From positions 423,695 through 487,694 of the forward strand of contig CAVVQX010000005.1 in assembly GCA_963750415.1 (NCBI GenBank): 64,000 bases of DNA, given 5' to 3'. A program made the translations under genes and the position numbers. Under the pieces are notes generated by a model. The model had not been told where the DNA came from, did no database searches, and saw nothing but the letters and a program-made list of their open reading frames with translations. This document shows, in pieces, positions 48,460 through 59,139 of the stretch (position 1 is the first letter of the stretch; each line of letters opens with the position of its first letter). The DNA comes from an uncultured Acidobacteriaceae bacterium. Its GTDB lineage: Bacteria; Acidobacteriota; Terriglobia; Terriglobales; Acidobacteriaceae.

Positions 48460-51087
48460 ATGGCAATTCGCTGGGACAAGTTTACGTTGAAATCACAGGA
48501 GGCAATTCAAAAGGCCAGTGCGCTGGCAAATGAAAACGGCCAGCCGGAAGTGCTGCCGATGCATTTGCTGATGGCGCTGGTAGAGGACAAAGAAGGCATC
48601 ATCGTTCCGCTGTTGCAGAAGATTGGCGTGCCCACCGAACAAATGTTAGCCAGTGTTCGCCACGCGATCGCCGGACTGCCGAAAGTCTCGGGCGCAGCGG
48701 CCTCAGAGCCGGGCTTCTCTACGAGCATGCAGAAGGTTCTGAACGACGCCTCAAAGGAGGCGCAGGACTTCAAAGACGAGTACGTATCGACCGAGCACCT
48801 GCTGTTGGCGCTGGCTCAGATCAAGAAAGACCCGGCGCAATTACTACTGACTTCCGCGGGAGCCACTCGGGAGGCGATCCTGCAGGCACTTACCTCGGTG
48901 CGCGGCAACCAAAGAGTTACCGATCAGAATCCCGAAGGCAAATACCAGGCCCTGGACCGATACGCCAAGGATCTTACCGAGCTGGCACGGAGGGGGAAGC
49001 TGGATCCGGTTATCGGACGGGATGAGGAGATTCGCCGCGTGATCCAGGTACTCTCTCGCAGAACCAAGAACAACCCGGTGTTGATCGGGGAGCCTGGCGT
49101 GGGCAAGACCGCGATCGTGGAAGGTTTGGCGCGCCGGATTGTTTCCGGCGATGTGCCTGAGCTGCTGCGCGACAAGCGCGTGATTTCACTCGATCTCGGC
49201 TCCATGTTGGCAGGCGCCAAGTATCGGGGCGAATTTGAGGATCGGCTCAAGGCCGTACTCAAAGACATTGAAGAATCGAATGGACAGATCATTCTGTTCA
49301 TTGATGAATTGCACACCCTGGTGGGGGCAGGCGCGGCAGAAGGAGCCATCGACGCTTCGAATATGTTGAAGCCGCCGCTGGCGCGGGGCGAGCTGCGGGC
49401 TATCGGGGCCACAACGCTGAACGAATACCGTAAATACATCGAGAAGGATGCGGCGCTCGAGCGGCGGTTCCAGATCGTGTTCGTGGGCGAGCCTAACGTG
49501 GAGGATACGATCGCCATTCTGCGCGGGCTCAAAGAGCGTTATGAAGCTCACCACAACGTCCGCATTAAGGACTCGGCCATCGTGGCTGCAGCCACACTTT
49601 CGCATCGCTACATCTCTGACCGCTTTCTGCCTGACAAGGCGATCGACCTGGTGGATGAGGCAGCGGCCTCCCTGGCCATCCAGATCGGCTCGGTGCCGGT
49701 GGAGATTGACCAGCTTGAACGGCAAATGATCTCGCTCGAGATTGAGCGCACGGCGTTGAAGCGGGAGACCGACAAAAATTCAAAAGAGCGAATGGCGGTG
49801 GTAACGCGGGAACTTGCGGCGCTGAAGGAGCAAGCCACCGGGCTACGCGCGCGCTGGCAGACGGAGCGTGGGGCAATTACGCGGCTGACCGAGGTGAAGA
49901 AAAAGATTGAGGCGCTGCGATTTGAGATGGAAGAGCAGACGCGGCGTGGCAATCTGGAGCGCTCGGCCGCTATCCAGTATGGCGAGCTTCCGCAGCTCGA
50001 AGCGGAACTGAAGCGCCTGAACGCAGAACAGGATGGGGCCGCCGGCGGTGGCCGACTGCTGAAAGAGGAAGTCGACGAAGAAGACATTGCCAGGATTGTG
50101 AGCAAGTGGACCGGTATTCCGGTAGACAAGATGCTGGAAGGCGAAGTGCGCAAGCTGGTGGAGATGGAAGGCCGTCTGCGCGAGCGGGTGGTCGGACAGG
50201 AAGAGGCGCTGGAAACGGTAGCCAACGCGATTCGGCGGTCACGCGCCGGCCTGAGCGACCCCAAACGCCCCATCGGTTCTTTCCTTTTCCTGGGACCGAC
50301 CGGGGTGGGCAAGACGGAAACTGCGCGTGCATTGGCGGAGTTCCTGTTCGATGACGAGCAGGCGATGGTCCGTATCGACATGTCGGAGTACATGGAGAAG
50401 CATGCGGTCGCGCGCCTCATCGGCGCACCGCCCGGATACGTGGGCTACGACGAAGGTGGCCAACTCACGGAGGCGGTACGTCGCCGGCCCTACTCGGTGA
50501 TTCTTTTTGACGAGATCGAGAAGGCGCACCCGGATGTCTTCAACATCCTGTTGCAGGTACTGGACGATGGCCGCCTGACGGATTCGAAAGGCAGGACCGT
50601 GGACTTCAAGAACACGGTGCTGATCATGACCTCGAACCTGGGGGCCCATCTGCTGCAGTCAGAAAACCTGGAGAGCGAGGCCGCGTTTGACGCGGCACGG
50701 GAACAGGTAACGCAACTGTTACGGCAACATTTCCGGCCGGAGTTTCTCAACCGCGTGGATGATGTCGTGATCTTCCGTCCGCTGGGCGAGGAGCAGCTGG
50801 AACATATCGTTGACTTGCGGTTGGCGGATCTGCGCAAGCAGTTGGAGCCGCGCAAGATCACACTCGAGTTGACCTCAGCTGCGCGTCACCAATTGCTGCT
50901 GACCGGATACGACCGGCAATATGGAGCGCGTCCGTTGAAGAGAGCCATCCAGCGCTTGATCCAGGATCCTCTGGCCATCAAGATTCTGGACGGCGAGGTG
51001 CTTCACGGCGATCACATCCGCGTCGATGCCGATCCGTTGAAGAATCGGCTGCTGTTTGAGGTTGCGGGGCGGACTGTCGAAGCCTGA
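48460..51087 (+). CDS. clpB: ATP-dependent chaperone ClpB
   Basis: Clp N domain, two AAA+ modules ([18 protein letters not shown]) and the coiled-coil middle domain. 875 aa. Confidence 0.97.
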   Translation: MAIRWDKFTLKSQEAIQKASALANENGQPEVLPMHLLMALVEDKEGIIVPLLQKIGVPTEQMLASVRHAIAGLPKVSGAAASEPGFSTSMQKVLNDASKEAQDFKDEYVSTEHLLLALAQIKKDPAQLLLTSAGATREAILQALTSVRGNQRVTDQNPEGKYQALDRYAKDLTELARRGKLDPVIGRDEEIRRVIQVLSRRTKNNPVLIGEPGVGKTAIVEGLARRIVSGDVPELLRDKRVISLDLGSMLAGAKYRGEFEDRLKAVLKDIEESNGQIILFIDELHTLVGAGAAEGAIDASNMLKPPLARGELRAIGATTLNEYRKYIEKDAALERRFQIVFVGEPNVEDTIAILRGLKERYEAHHNVRIKDSAIVAAATLSHRYISDRFLPDKAIDLVDEAAASLAIQIGSVPVEIDQLERQMISLEIERTALKRETDKNSKERMAVVTRELAALKEQATGLRARWQTERGAITRLTEVKKKIEALRFEMEEQTRRGNLERSAAIQYGELPQLEAELKRLNAEQDGAAGGGRLLKEEVDEEDIARIVSKWTGIPVDKMLEGEVRKLVEMEGRLRERVVGQEEALETVANAIRRSRAGLSDPKRPIGSFLFLGPTGVGKTETARALAEFLFDDEQAMVRIDMSEYMEKHAVARLIGAPPGYVGYDEGGQLTEAVRRRPYSVILFDEIEKAHPDVFNILLQVLDDGRLTDSKGRTVDFKNTVLIMTSNLGAHLLQSENLESEAAFDAAREQVTQLLRQHFRPEFLNRVDDVVIFRPLGEEQLEHIVDLRLADLRKQLEPRKITLELTSAARHQLLLTGYDRQYGARPLKRAIQRLIQDPLAIKILDGEVLHGDHIRVDADPLKNRLLFEVAGRTVEA

Positions 51088-51152
51088 CATTCATTTGTTG
51101 CCAGGCTACAGAACCGCGAGAATCTCTGCACTTCGTCCTCGCCACAACTGAC

Positions 51153-51296
51153 GGGTGCCCCACATCTCGCTGGTTTTTCGCGAGATATGGGATAGCGCGA
51201 TCTTTGACCCTAAGTGCTCATTGGGATCGAAAAGCTTGGGGGTTATCGCGGTGGTATCCCACATCTCGCGAAAAACCAGCGAGATGTGGGGCACCC
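51153..51296. repeat. Palindromic hairpin-dimer element (arms 51153-51194 / 51255-51296)
   Basis: GGGTGCCCCACATCTCGCTGGTTTTTCGCGAGATATGGGATA and its reverse complement. Same architecture as 1732-1900. Yields mirrored spurious ORFs (MPHISLVFRE...). Confidence 0.85.
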
Positions 51297-51319
51297 ATCA
51301 GTCGTGGCAGGGACAGGTT

Positions 51320-52585
51320 CTAAGAAGCAACCCACTCGCCTTTGCGCATCAGTGGTTCCACGCTGCCCGTTGCGGTGATGCCGTCCAGATCCATGGCACT
51401 GGAACCGATCATCCAATCGACGTGGATCAGGCTCTCGTTGGCGCCCCTGGCTGCAAGCTCTTCGGGCGTGAGCTGGTCGCCGTTTTTCAGACACGTGCTG
51501 TAGGCCTGTCCCAGGGCAATGTGGCTCGCTGCATTTTCATCGAACAGGGTGTTCAGAAAGAGCAGCCCGCTGCTGGCGATGGGAGAGGAGTGCGGCACCA
51601 GGGCCACTTCGCCCAGGCGACGCGCTCCGTCGTCGGTGTCGATCATGCGCTGCAGCACCTCCTGGCCTCGTGATGCCTTTGCATCCACTACCCGGCCCCC
51701 CTCGAAACGCACTGCGATCTTCTCAATAAGCGTTCCCTGGTGAGAGAGTGGTTTGGTGCTGGTCACCGTGCCCTCTACGCGATCTTTGTGCGGCGTGGTA
51801 AATACCTCTTCGGTCGGCATGTTGGGAATGCAATACGCGCCGGTACCGGCTTGTGTGCCTCCGCCCATCCACAGATGATCGTCTGCCAGTCCTACGCGCA
51901 GATCGGTTCCCGGGGCACGGAAGTGAAGTGAAGCATAACGCTTCTCGTTCATCAGATCGGCGCGGCGATGAAGTCCCGCGTCGTGCTGTTTCCAACGCGC
52001 AATGGGATCGTCCAAATCCACCCGCGATGCGGCAAAGATCGCATCCCACAGCCTGCTGATCGCCTGATCGGGTGGCAGATCAGGAAATACCGCGGCCGCC
52101 CATGCCGGAGTGGCGGAGGCAACAATGGTCCAATTAATGTCATGCCGCGTAATCAATTCGATCGCGGGACGATAGGCCTTCGAGACAGCGCGGTTAGCCC
52201 GGCCCACTTTTTCCGGATCTTCCTTCGAAAGCAGAGAGGGGTTTCCGCCGGCGATCGCAAGCCGCGCCGCCCCGCTACGGAATGCCTGTGCCATCCCCTC
52301 GAAGAGCCACCCGGCAGCTGTGTCGAAGCCGGCATCGTCGGCGTAACGATAGCGCAACAAGGTCGAGTGTTCGTCGGTGAACAATGTGGTTACCAGTGAA
52401 GCTCCGGCCTTATACGCCTGCTCGGTGATCAAGCGGGCCAGCGGCAAGGCGTCGAGTGTCGCCGTCATGACCAGCTCTTGTCCGCGCTCCAGGCCCAGGC
52501 CCACATTCACTGCGACTTGCGCCAGCCGATCGAGTTTCTGTTCGAAGGTTAGAGATGTCTTTGGTAGCTCCGTTATCGTCGCCAT
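51320..52585 (-). CDS. M29 family aminopeptidase (AmpS/PepS-like)
   Basis: MATITELPK...LAQVAVNVGLGL... full-length M29-like sequence. ATG 52585 has a GAGGA SD. The ORF track N-terminal extension to 52738 runs into repeats. Confidence 0.9.
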   Translation of the reverse strand: MATITELPKTSLTFEQKLDRLAQVAVNVGLGLERGQELVMTATLDALPLARLITEQAYKAGASLVTTLFTDEHSTLLRYRYADDAGFDTAAGWLFEGMAQAFRSGAARLAIAGGNPSLLSKEDPEKVGRANRAVSKAYRPAIELITRHDINWTIVASATPAWAAAVFPDLPPDQAISRLWDAIFAASRVDLDDPIARWKQHDAGLHRRADLMNEKRYASLHFRAPGTDLRVGLADDHLWMGGGTQAGTGAYCIPNMPTEEVFTTPHKDRVEGTVTSTKPLSHQGTLIEKIAVRFEGGRVVDAKASRGQEVLQRMIDTDDGARRLGEVALVPHSSPIASSGLLFLNTLFDENAASHIALGQAYSTCLKNGDQLTPEELAARGANESLIHVDWMIGSSAMDLDGITATGSVEPLMRKGEWVAS

Positions 52586-52640
52586 AGATTCCTCGTATTT
52601 CTCTATTATCAACCAATTCAAACCAGTTTCGCCCGTTTGG

Positions 52641-52932
52641 GGTGAACCGCAGATCTCTCCACTGCACTCTGTCAAGAACATTTCCAAGAGGGGTCCGCGG
52701 AACTGCAGATCCCTCGGCTTCCCCGGATTTCCTGTCAAGAGTTGCGGCTTCGGTCAACTGCATGTGGTTCTCTTTAGGGAGAACCAGATAAGTGGCGCCG
52801 CTGAGAGCAGTGTAGTAGGAAATCCGGGTACGCTCGGGATGACAAAGGAAAGGGCAACGGTTCCATAAAGAGTGGTTGCTGGACCGAGGCGTTTTTCATC
52901 ACCTTGGGTAAACCGCAGATCTCTCCACTCCG
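52641..52932. repeat. Repeat mosaic with two direct copies of the TIR motif AACCGCAGATCTCTCCACT
   Basis: 52641-52667 and 52906-52932 carry the same motif as the 7299-7330 TIR. In between is CCGGATTTCCTG...AGGAAATCCGG plus a solo GGGATGACAA module. Confidence 0.7.
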
Positions 52933-52941
52933 TTTTGCTTT

Positions 52942-53841
52942 CTAGGTTTTTTGCGCTTGAACTACGCGCGGGATTCCCCGCAGGTCGTCGCGTACCGTTA
53001 CGACGGTCCAGTCCTTGAGGAGTTTCAGAAGCGCGGAGCGTTGCCCGTAACCGATCTCGAGTATCAGCCAACCAAGCGGTTTGAGCGCTTTGCGGGCCTG
53101 TGGAATGAGGCGCTCATAAATTTCCAGGCCGGTTGGCCCGGCGTAAAGCGCGGAGTGGGGCTCGTAGTCGGATACCTGCGGCTCCAACATTTCTCCTGCG
53201 GCCACATACGGCGGATTCGATACGACAACGTCAAACTCCTCGCTGGTGACGGATGCCAGCAGATCCGATTGCAATAACGTCATCCGGTCGATCACCCCAT
53301 GCCGCTGCGCATTGCGGCGCGCGACCGCGAGGGCGGTGCAGGAGATATCCGACGCCGTTATCCGGGAATGCGGCAGAAGATGGGCAAGCGTCACCGCAAT
53401 CGCACCGGAGCCCGTACCCACGTCAAGAATGTGCGCGTTCGCTTCGCGGCCGAAGTGCTCCAGCACTGCTTCCACCAGGTGCTCCGTTTCGGGCCGGGGG
53501 ATCAGAACGTCGGGCGAGACTTCGAAGAGCAGGCAAAAAAACTCCTGCGTACCAATCAGGTATTGCACCGGCTCCCGCGCCAGGCGGCGACGGAGCATGT
53601 CCTCAAATTGGTCCGTTTCTTCCGAAGAGAGCAGGCGCTCGGGATGAGTCAGCAGCGCGATTTGATCGCAGCCAAGTACATGCTGCAGCATCAGCTCGGA
53701 GTCGCGCCGGGGATATTGGGAGACAGACGCCAACCGAGCTCGGGCGTCCTGCAGCACGTCACCGGCGCAGGCCGGCACTTTACGCCACAGTGGCTGTTTC
53801 AGCCTTGAGCCGCTCGGCCTGGTAGTGTGCGATGAGGGCAT
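52942..53841 (-). CDS. prmC: Release factor glutamine N5-methyltransferase PrmC (HemK)
   Basis: [11 protein letters not shown] and NPPY motifs. The track start overlaps prfA by 62 nt. GTG 53778, 2 nt after the prfA stop, is an equally plausible coupled start. Confidence 0.9.
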   Translation of the reverse strand: MPSSHTTRPSGSRLKQPLWRKVPACAGDVLQDARARLASVSQYPRRDSELMLQHVLGCDQIALLTHPERLLSSEETDQFEDMLRRRLAREPVQYLIGTQEFFCLLFEVSPDVLIPRPETEHLVEAVLEHFGREANAHILDVGTGSGAIAVTLAHLLPHSRITASDISCTALAVARRNAQRHGVIDRMTLLQSDLLASVTSEEFDVVVSNPPYVAAGEMLEPQVSDYEPHSALYAGPTGLEIYERLIPQARKALKPLGWLILEIGYGQRSALLKLLKDWTVVTVRDDLRGIPRVVQAQKT

Positions 53842-54856
53842 CGATGGTCGGCTGGAGCCTGCCTTCCATCACTTCCGCCAACTGGTGGTTGGTGAGCCCG
53901 ATGCGATGGTCGGTGAGCCGGTTCTGGGGAAAATTATAGGTGCGGATCTTCTCACTGCGATCGCCGCTTCCTACCTGCTGCTTGCGCTCTTTGGCCAATG
54001 CTTCCTGCTGCTTTTCCATTTCGACTTCGTAGAGCCGGGCGCGCAGCACGCGCATCGCCTTCTCCCGATTTTTAATCTGCGATTTTTCGTCCTGGCAACT
54101 CACCACCGTATTGGTAGGGAGATGGGTGATGCGTACGGCAGAGTAGGTCGTGTTGACCGACTGTCCGCCGGGGCCGGAGGAACAAAACGTATCAATGCGA
54201 ATGTCTTTTGCCTCGATCTTCACGTCGACCTCTTCGGCCTCAGGCAAAACCGCGACGGTGATGGCCGAGGTGTGCACGCGGCCCTGGGTCTCGGTGGCGG
54301 GCACGCGCTGCACGCGGTGAACTCCGCTTTCGTATTTCAGCTGCGAGTACACTCGTTTGCCCTCGATGATGGCGATGACTTCCTTCAGCCCGCCAACCCC
54401 GGATTCGGATTGCGAAAGGATCTCGACCTTCCAGCGATGCTGCTCGGCAAAACGGGAGTACATGCGGAAAATCTCAGCCACAAAGAGCGAGGCCTCGTCC
54501 CCGCCGGTACCGGCACGAATCTCCAGGATGACGTTCTTCTCGTCATTGGGATCCTTGGGCAGCAGCATTACCTTGATCTCTTCTTCCAGGGTGGCCGCCG
54601 TGCTCTCCAGGCGAGTGAGCTCCTCCTGCGCCATGGCTGCAAGCTCAGCATCGCTCTCGTTCAGCATGCCCTTGGCATCCACGATTCCCTGTTGGGCCTG
54701 TTTGAGCTCACGATATTTTCCCACCACCGCTTCCAGATCACGATGGGCTTTGGCCGTCTTATGGTATTTTTGCTGGTCGGTCACCAGCTGCGGGTCGGCT
54801 AGCTGGCGTCCAAGGTCTTCATAACGGGTTTCAATCTGTTCCAGGCGATCCAACAT
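53780..54856 (-). CDS. prfA: Peptide chain release factor 1
   Basis: PAT-type region and GGQ motif ([12 protein letters not shown]). 358 aa. Confidence 0.97.
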   Translation of the reverse strand: MLDRLEQIETRYEDLGRQLADPQLVTDQQKYHKTAKAHRDLEAVVGKYRELKQAQQGIVDAKGMLNESDAELAAMAQEELTRLESTAATLEEEIKVMLLPKDPNDEKNVILEIRAGTGGDEASLFVAEIFRMYSRFAEQHRWKVEILSQSESGVGGLKEVIAIIEGKRVYSQLKYESGVHRVQRVPATETQGRVHTSAITVAVLPEAEEVDVKIEAKDIRIDTFCSSGPGGQSVNTTYSAVRITHLPTNTVVSCQDEKSQIKNREKAMRVLRARLYEVEMEKQQEALAKERKQQVGSGDRSEKIRTYNFPQNRLTDHRIGLTNHQLAEVMEGRLQPTIDALIAHYQAERLKAETATVA

Positions 54857-55027
54857 GATAAGGTTCCTTTCCGCGGGCGAAACAAGAGACAGACACTCGG
54901 CGGCGGGAGCCGCTAGGAAAGAGCGTGCCGGACGGGAACCGTGTTGGCGACGCGAAGAACCATAGCTGTTATTTTATCAGGTTTTGAAGCAAGCCAGTGA
55001 GGCACAAGCAGGTTTGCAAGGAAAGAG

Positions 55028-55537
55028 CTATCGTTCAGCGAGTTGCCCTTTGAGAAGGCCGGCGAGGTAGTCGGCCATTTGAGAGACATCGATGTGACCT
55101 TCTGCCCATGCGCGATCAGCAACCCTTAGTGCTTCATAGTAAGGCTCTCGATCCTCTCGAATCCGCTCCGGAACGATCTTCTTGCCCGGCAAGAGAGCCC
55201 CGTATTGCATACAAATCGGGTAATAGCAGGCTGCCCTTGCAGTTCTTCCGTTTCCCTCGACAAAAGGGTGTATCCAATTAAGGCGCCAGAGGGCGTACGC
55301 AGCCAGTCCCGTCGGCTGGTCGCCGACTCCATCCACGTTCCAATTCTCGTGAATGAATGAGAAGAACATATCCATAAGATGCGGCACCTTGTCGAACGTG
55401 GGCGGGATATGGTCACCGACATAGATCGGTTCTTCGCGAAATCGACCTCCGAACTGGGCCACGTTGGCTACGGCTACACCATTCAAGGTCCAGAGCGTGT
55501 ACTTGTCAAAGGCCTCGATACCTTTGGACATTGCCAA
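55028..55537 (-). CDS. Fic/DOC family protein (minimal 169-aa Fic domain)
   Basis: Complete Fic motif HPFVEGNGRTAR at 55235-55270 (verified codon by codon). TTG 55537 or ATG 55531 start. AT-shifted region. Confidence 0.85.
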   Translation of the reverse strand: MAMSKGIEAFDKYTLWTLNGVAVANVAQFGGRFREEPIYVGDHIPPTFDKVPHLMDMFFSFIHENWNVDGVGDQPTGLAAYALWRLNWIHPFVEGNGRTARAACYYPICMQYGALLPGKKIVPERIREDREPYYEALRVADRAWAEGHIDVSQMADYLAGLLKGQLAER

Positions 55538-55672
55538 TCTCGATGCAGTTAGACAGTAGATCGTATTGTCGAAGGAGATTTTGCTCTTGGAGCTTATAGT
55601 AAAGCTCGGGATTGTCTTTCTCGCGGATGGACATTTGGATGGCTACGGCCGCTCGCTTCGCCGCAGCACACG

Positions 55673-55882
55673 CTACGACAATAGCTTAATGTTTTGGGCT
55701 GTCTTTCGAACGCTGTCTTTTGTGATGTTCTTCGCATTGACGGGCGCATTACCGAACGCAAAGCTGATCCGCTGTTCATGCAATTCTTCCTCGGTCACGG
55801 GTGTGCGCCGCGACTCTTCCAGAAGCATCTTCAACTCTGGGTCAGACTTTATTGGTCCAATGAATGGTTTCCTATCAGCCAT
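55673..55882 (-). CDS. Small hypothetical protein upstream of Fic (candidate partner/antitoxin)
   Basis: ATG 55882 preceded by GGGAGGAAAG. 69 aa: MADRKPFIGPIKSDPELKMLLEESRRTPVTEEELHEQRISFAFGNAPVNAKNITKDSVRKTAQNIKLLS. The ORF track 144-aa version starts upstream with no support. Confidence 0.5.
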   Translation of the reverse strand: MADRKPFIGPIKSDPELKMLLEESRRTPVTEEELHEQRISFAFGNAPVNAKNITKDSVRKTAQNIKLLS

Positions 55883-56312
55883 TATTGCTTTCCTCCCTTT
55901 TGCTCGGTGGCCGTCATCAAACTGCCAATGGTACAGATAATCCCTTACTCTAATCGCGTCAATTTCTTTTACGACCAAAAGCCACGGCCCACTTAGATTC
56001 CCTTTCCGATGGATTCCTATTGTTCTTCGCCACACGCCGCTCATGACACAGTTTACCGGATGTGGAGTCCGGGTTATGTGGAACATCGGACACTCCCGCG
56101 CAGCCACTCGCCTGAACTATAACCGTCGAAGATAGTCGAATATATAGTTCGAGTCCTTTCTGGGCGACCCAGCATAGTGATGTGAACTTGAGGATGGATC
56201 ATGGAAACTCCGCTAACAATGACCTTTAACCTTCCTGGATTCTGTGTTTTGCCGGGCGCATCTCATGACATGCAGGCAATGCATCCTAAACGGGTTCTGC
56301 GGAGAAGGTGAA

Positions 56313-58166
56313 GTGATCGCCCGGTTGTCCCAGTTTGCCGAGCTCTGTCAGCGCCTGGCAGAGACAGGCAGCAAGCTCGAGAAGCGCGCGCTCATGGCTG
56401 AGTACCTGCGCGCCCTCCCTGTGCCGGAGGCTGGGCTGGCGGCGCTCTACCTTGCCGGAGTTCCCTTTCCGGAGACGGACGGCCGCGCATTAAACGTGGG
56501 TGGAGCGCTGTTAAGCCGCGTCATTGCCGAACTATCCGGAGCCAGCCAGCCGGCGATGCACGCCGCCTACCTGCGCCATGGCGACCTGGGGGGCGTGGCG
56601 CAAGAACTGCTGCCGGCGCGAAGCGATGCCGGAACGCTGCTGCTGCCCGAGGTAGCTGATGCCTTTGCAGATATTGCTAACGTGTCCAAGGCTGCCGCCA
56701 AACAGCAAATCACACGAGGCCTGCTGGAAAGGGCGACGCCGCTCGAGGCCAAGTACCTGATCAAGATCATCCTGGGAGATATGCGTACCGGCATCAAGGT
56801 GAGCCTGGTGGAGGAAGCAATTGCCGCGGCCTACGGCGCCCCGATCGGCGAAGTCCGGCACGCCAGGATGCTGAACGGCAATCTTCCAGAAGTGCTGGAG
56901 CTGGCAGCTACCGGCCGCCTGCTGGAGGCGCGGATGAAGCTCTTTCATCCGCTTGGTTTTATGCTCGCCAGCCCGGTCGAGACGGTAGAAGAAGCCCTGA
57001 AGCGTTTCTCCACCGAGGTGGCTGAAGAAGCCAGGTCGGCCTCCCCTGAAGCCCGCCCAGACGGTCCCCTCATCAAAGAAGCGCAAATGGAAGACAAGTA
57101 CGATGGCGTGCGAGCCCAGATTCACTGTGGATCGCCCGAGCATCCAGGGCGGGTGACGCTCTTCTCCCGGTCGCGGGAGGATATGACGGCCAGTTTCCCC
57201 GAGATCGTTGACGCATTCGCCGGCATCAAGCAACCCCTGGTTTTGGACGGCGAAATTCTGGCCTGGAACCCGGTGTCGACCCTGGACTCCACCGGTGAGG
57301 CTGGCCGTGCGCTCCCCTTCTCCTCGCTGCAAGCGCGGCTGGGGAGAAAGCGGGTGACTGCGGAGATGCTCGAAGAGATTCCGGTGGTCTTTATGGCTTT
57401 CGACGTGCTTTACGCCGACGGCGAAATGACCATGGAGAGGCCGCTTGAACAACGCCGCAGGGTGCTCGAAGACCTGGTGCAGCGGGAGCAAGAGCGAACC
57501 AGGGTTTGCAGCCATTCGATAACAAGCGGGCCGCAAACCACTCTGCTTTTTGAGGCGGCCGTGGCGGACGACGGCTTCGCGCGGCTGGTGCTTGCGCCCG
57601 CCGTCCAACTCGAAAGCGTGGCCCAGCTGGAACAGGCCTACGTGGACGCCAGGGCCCGCGGCAATGAAGGCGTGATGCTCAAGGCGCGGCACAGTACCTA
57701 CCAGCCAGGCCGCCGCGGTCTCGCCTGGCTCAAGCTGAAGCGGGAGCTGGCCACGCTCGACGTGGTGGTGACAGCCGCGGAGTATGGCCATGGCAGACGC
57801 GCAGGCTGGCTCAGCGACTATACCTTCGCTGTCCGTGATGGCGACGTATTGCGCAATGTTGGTAAGGCCTATTCCGGCGTCACCGACGCAGAGATTGCCC
57901 GGCTAACCCAATTCTTTCTCGAACATACGGTCGAGAATTACGGCAGCGTCCGCGCCGTGGAACCGCTGGTGGTGTTCGAAGTCGCATTTAACAACGTGAT
58001 GCGCTCGGATCGCCATGACAGCGGTTTCGCCCTGCGCTTCCCGCGCATCCTGCGCATTCGCGATGACAAGCCAGTGAGCGAGATCGACACTTTGGAACGA
58101 GTGGCCGAAATCTATCAATCCCAGCCGGACAAGCCGGTTGAGACCGCTGCGGATAGCCCTCGCTAG
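56313..58166 (+). CDS. ATP-dependent DNA ligase (three-domain Lig/Cdc9 type)
   Basis: Adenylation motif I EDKYDGVRAQ (KxDG). Motifs LDGEILAW, FMAFDVLY, EGVMLK, WLKLK. GTG 56313 has a GGAGAAGG SD; the ORF track start is 56244. Confidence 0.9.
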   Translation: MIARLSQFAELCQRLAETGSKLEKRALMAEYLRALPVPEAGLAALYLAGVPFPETDGRALNVGGALLSRVIAELSGASQPAMHAAYLRHGDLGGVAQELLPARSDAGTLLLPEVADAFADIANVSKAAAKQQITRGLLERATPLEAKYLIKIILGDMRTGIKVSLVEEAIAAAYGAPIGEVRHARMLNGNLPEVLELAATGRLLEARMKLFHPLGFMLASPVETVEEALKRFSTEVAEEARSASPEARPDGPLIKEAQMEDKYDGVRAQIHCGSPEHPGRVTLFSRSREDMTASFPEIVDAFAGIKQPLVLDGEILAWNPVSTLDSTGEAGRALPFSSLQARLGRKRVTAEMLEEIPVVFMAFDVLYADGEMTMERPLEQRRRVLEDLVQREQERTRVCSHSITSGPQTTLLFEAAVADDGFARLVLAPAVQLESVAQLEQAYVDARARGNEGVMLKARHSTYQPGRRGLAWLKLKRELATLDVVVTAAEYGHGRRAGWLSDYTFAVRDGDVLRNVGKAYSGVTDAEIARLTQFFLEHTVENYGSVRAVEPLVVFEVAFNNVMRSDRHDSGFALRFPRILRIRDDKPVSEIDTLERVAEIYQSQPDKPVETAADSPR

Positions 58167-59107
58167 TGGGAGTGGGCGTGCGTGTGGTCGTGACCATTAT
58201 GTTCGTCGACTTCGACCGGCGGGGCGCAACCGTGCGCGACCTCACATTCGGCACACTCAAACTGAATGGTGGAGTGATAGATGCGGAACTTCTGCCGCAG
58301 CGTTCCGTTCACCTGCTCCAGGATGTGCGCGCTCTCAGACGGAGGGATGTCGTCGATGGTGATATGCGTGGCCAAGGCGTGGGTTTGTGATCCAAGACTC
58401 CATACGTGCAGATCATGTACGTCCTGAACCCCCTCGATCGCTTGCAGCGAAACGCGTATCTCCGCCAGGGAACAACCGCGCGGCGTACCCTCCAACAGGA
58501 TGTTGAGCGTCTCGCGCACAATGGACAGCGAACTCCATAGGATCAAGGCGGCGATAAAGATGGAGAGCACCGGATCGATCCAGTTGTGCCCAGTGAGCAG
58601 GATCGCGAAGCCGCCGGCAATCACAGCCGCGGTCGAAAGCGTGTCGCCCAGCATGTGAATAAAGGTGCTGCGGATGTTGACATCGCGCGAAGTGGTCCAA
58701 AGCAGGGCGGCGATAACGCCGTTCATCAGCACGCCGGCAGCGGCGACGATCATCATCACCCGCGGTTGCACTTGAACCGGCTCGCTGAGGCGATGGACAG
58801 CGGCGATCGCGATCCAGATGGCGATCAAGACCAGGGTGAGCGCATTGAGAAATGCCGCCAGCACGCCGGCGCGCTGGTACCCAAAGGTCTTTTGATCGGT
58901 GGGCGGGCGGGTCTGGAAGTACACCGCGACAAACGAAAGCAACAGCGCCAGAAAATCGGATACGTTATGCCCTGCCTCGGAGATGAGAGCAAGTGAATGA
59001 GCACGCACACCGGCAAAGAAAGTAAGGCCCACATAGGCCAGGGTAGCCAGCAGCGAGATGCGTAGGATCCGTTTTGTCTTCTCCGATCCGCCGCCATGAA
59101 CGTGCAT
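58163..59107 (-). CDS. Cation diffusion facilitator family transporter (CzcD/ZitB-like)
   Basis: Six hydrophobic segments, HxxxD motifs (HNVSD, HMLGD) and a His-rich C-terminus, HNGHDHTHAHSH. Confidence 0.9.
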   Translation of the reverse strand: MHVHGGGSEKTKRILRISLLATLAYVGLTFFAGVRAHSLALISEAGHNVSDFLALLLSFVAVYFQTRPPTDQKTFGYQRAGVLAAFLNALTLVLIAIWIAIAAVHRLSEPVQVQPRVMMIVAAAGVLMNGVIAALLWTTSRDVNIRSTFIHMLGDTLSTAAVIAGGFAILLTGHNWIDPVLSIFIAALILWSSLSIVRETLNILLEGTPRGCSLAEIRVSLQAIEGVQDVHDLHVWSLGSQTHALATHITIDDIPPSESAHILEQVNGTLRQKFRIYHSTIQFECAECEVAHGCAPPVEVDEHNGHDHTHAHSH

Positions 59108-59139
59108 ATGTATATTGTACCGGGAGAGGGAGACGAGCC

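Noticed and set aside
55343-55360. S-F-I-H-E-N inside the Fic protein itself, which matches the inhibitory motif [S/T]xxxE[G/N] (would imply a class II auto-inhibited Fic)
   Set aside because: It lies only about 25 residues before the catalytic His. That helix is part of the conserved Fic core, whereas known N-terminal inhibitory helices sit much further upstream. It is most likely a chance match, and I cannot decide without a structure model.
55506-55634. 42-codon ORF (MSIREKDNPELYYKLQEQNLLRQYDLLSNCIEIGNV...) in the gap between the small partner gene and Fic, overlapping the Fic start; contains S-N-C-I-E-I-G
   Set aside because: It has no Shine-Dalgarno, is in a different frame from Fic, and the motif has an extra residue relative to SxxxEG. 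It could instead signal a frameshifted longer Fic N-terminus, but I have no evidence for either reading.
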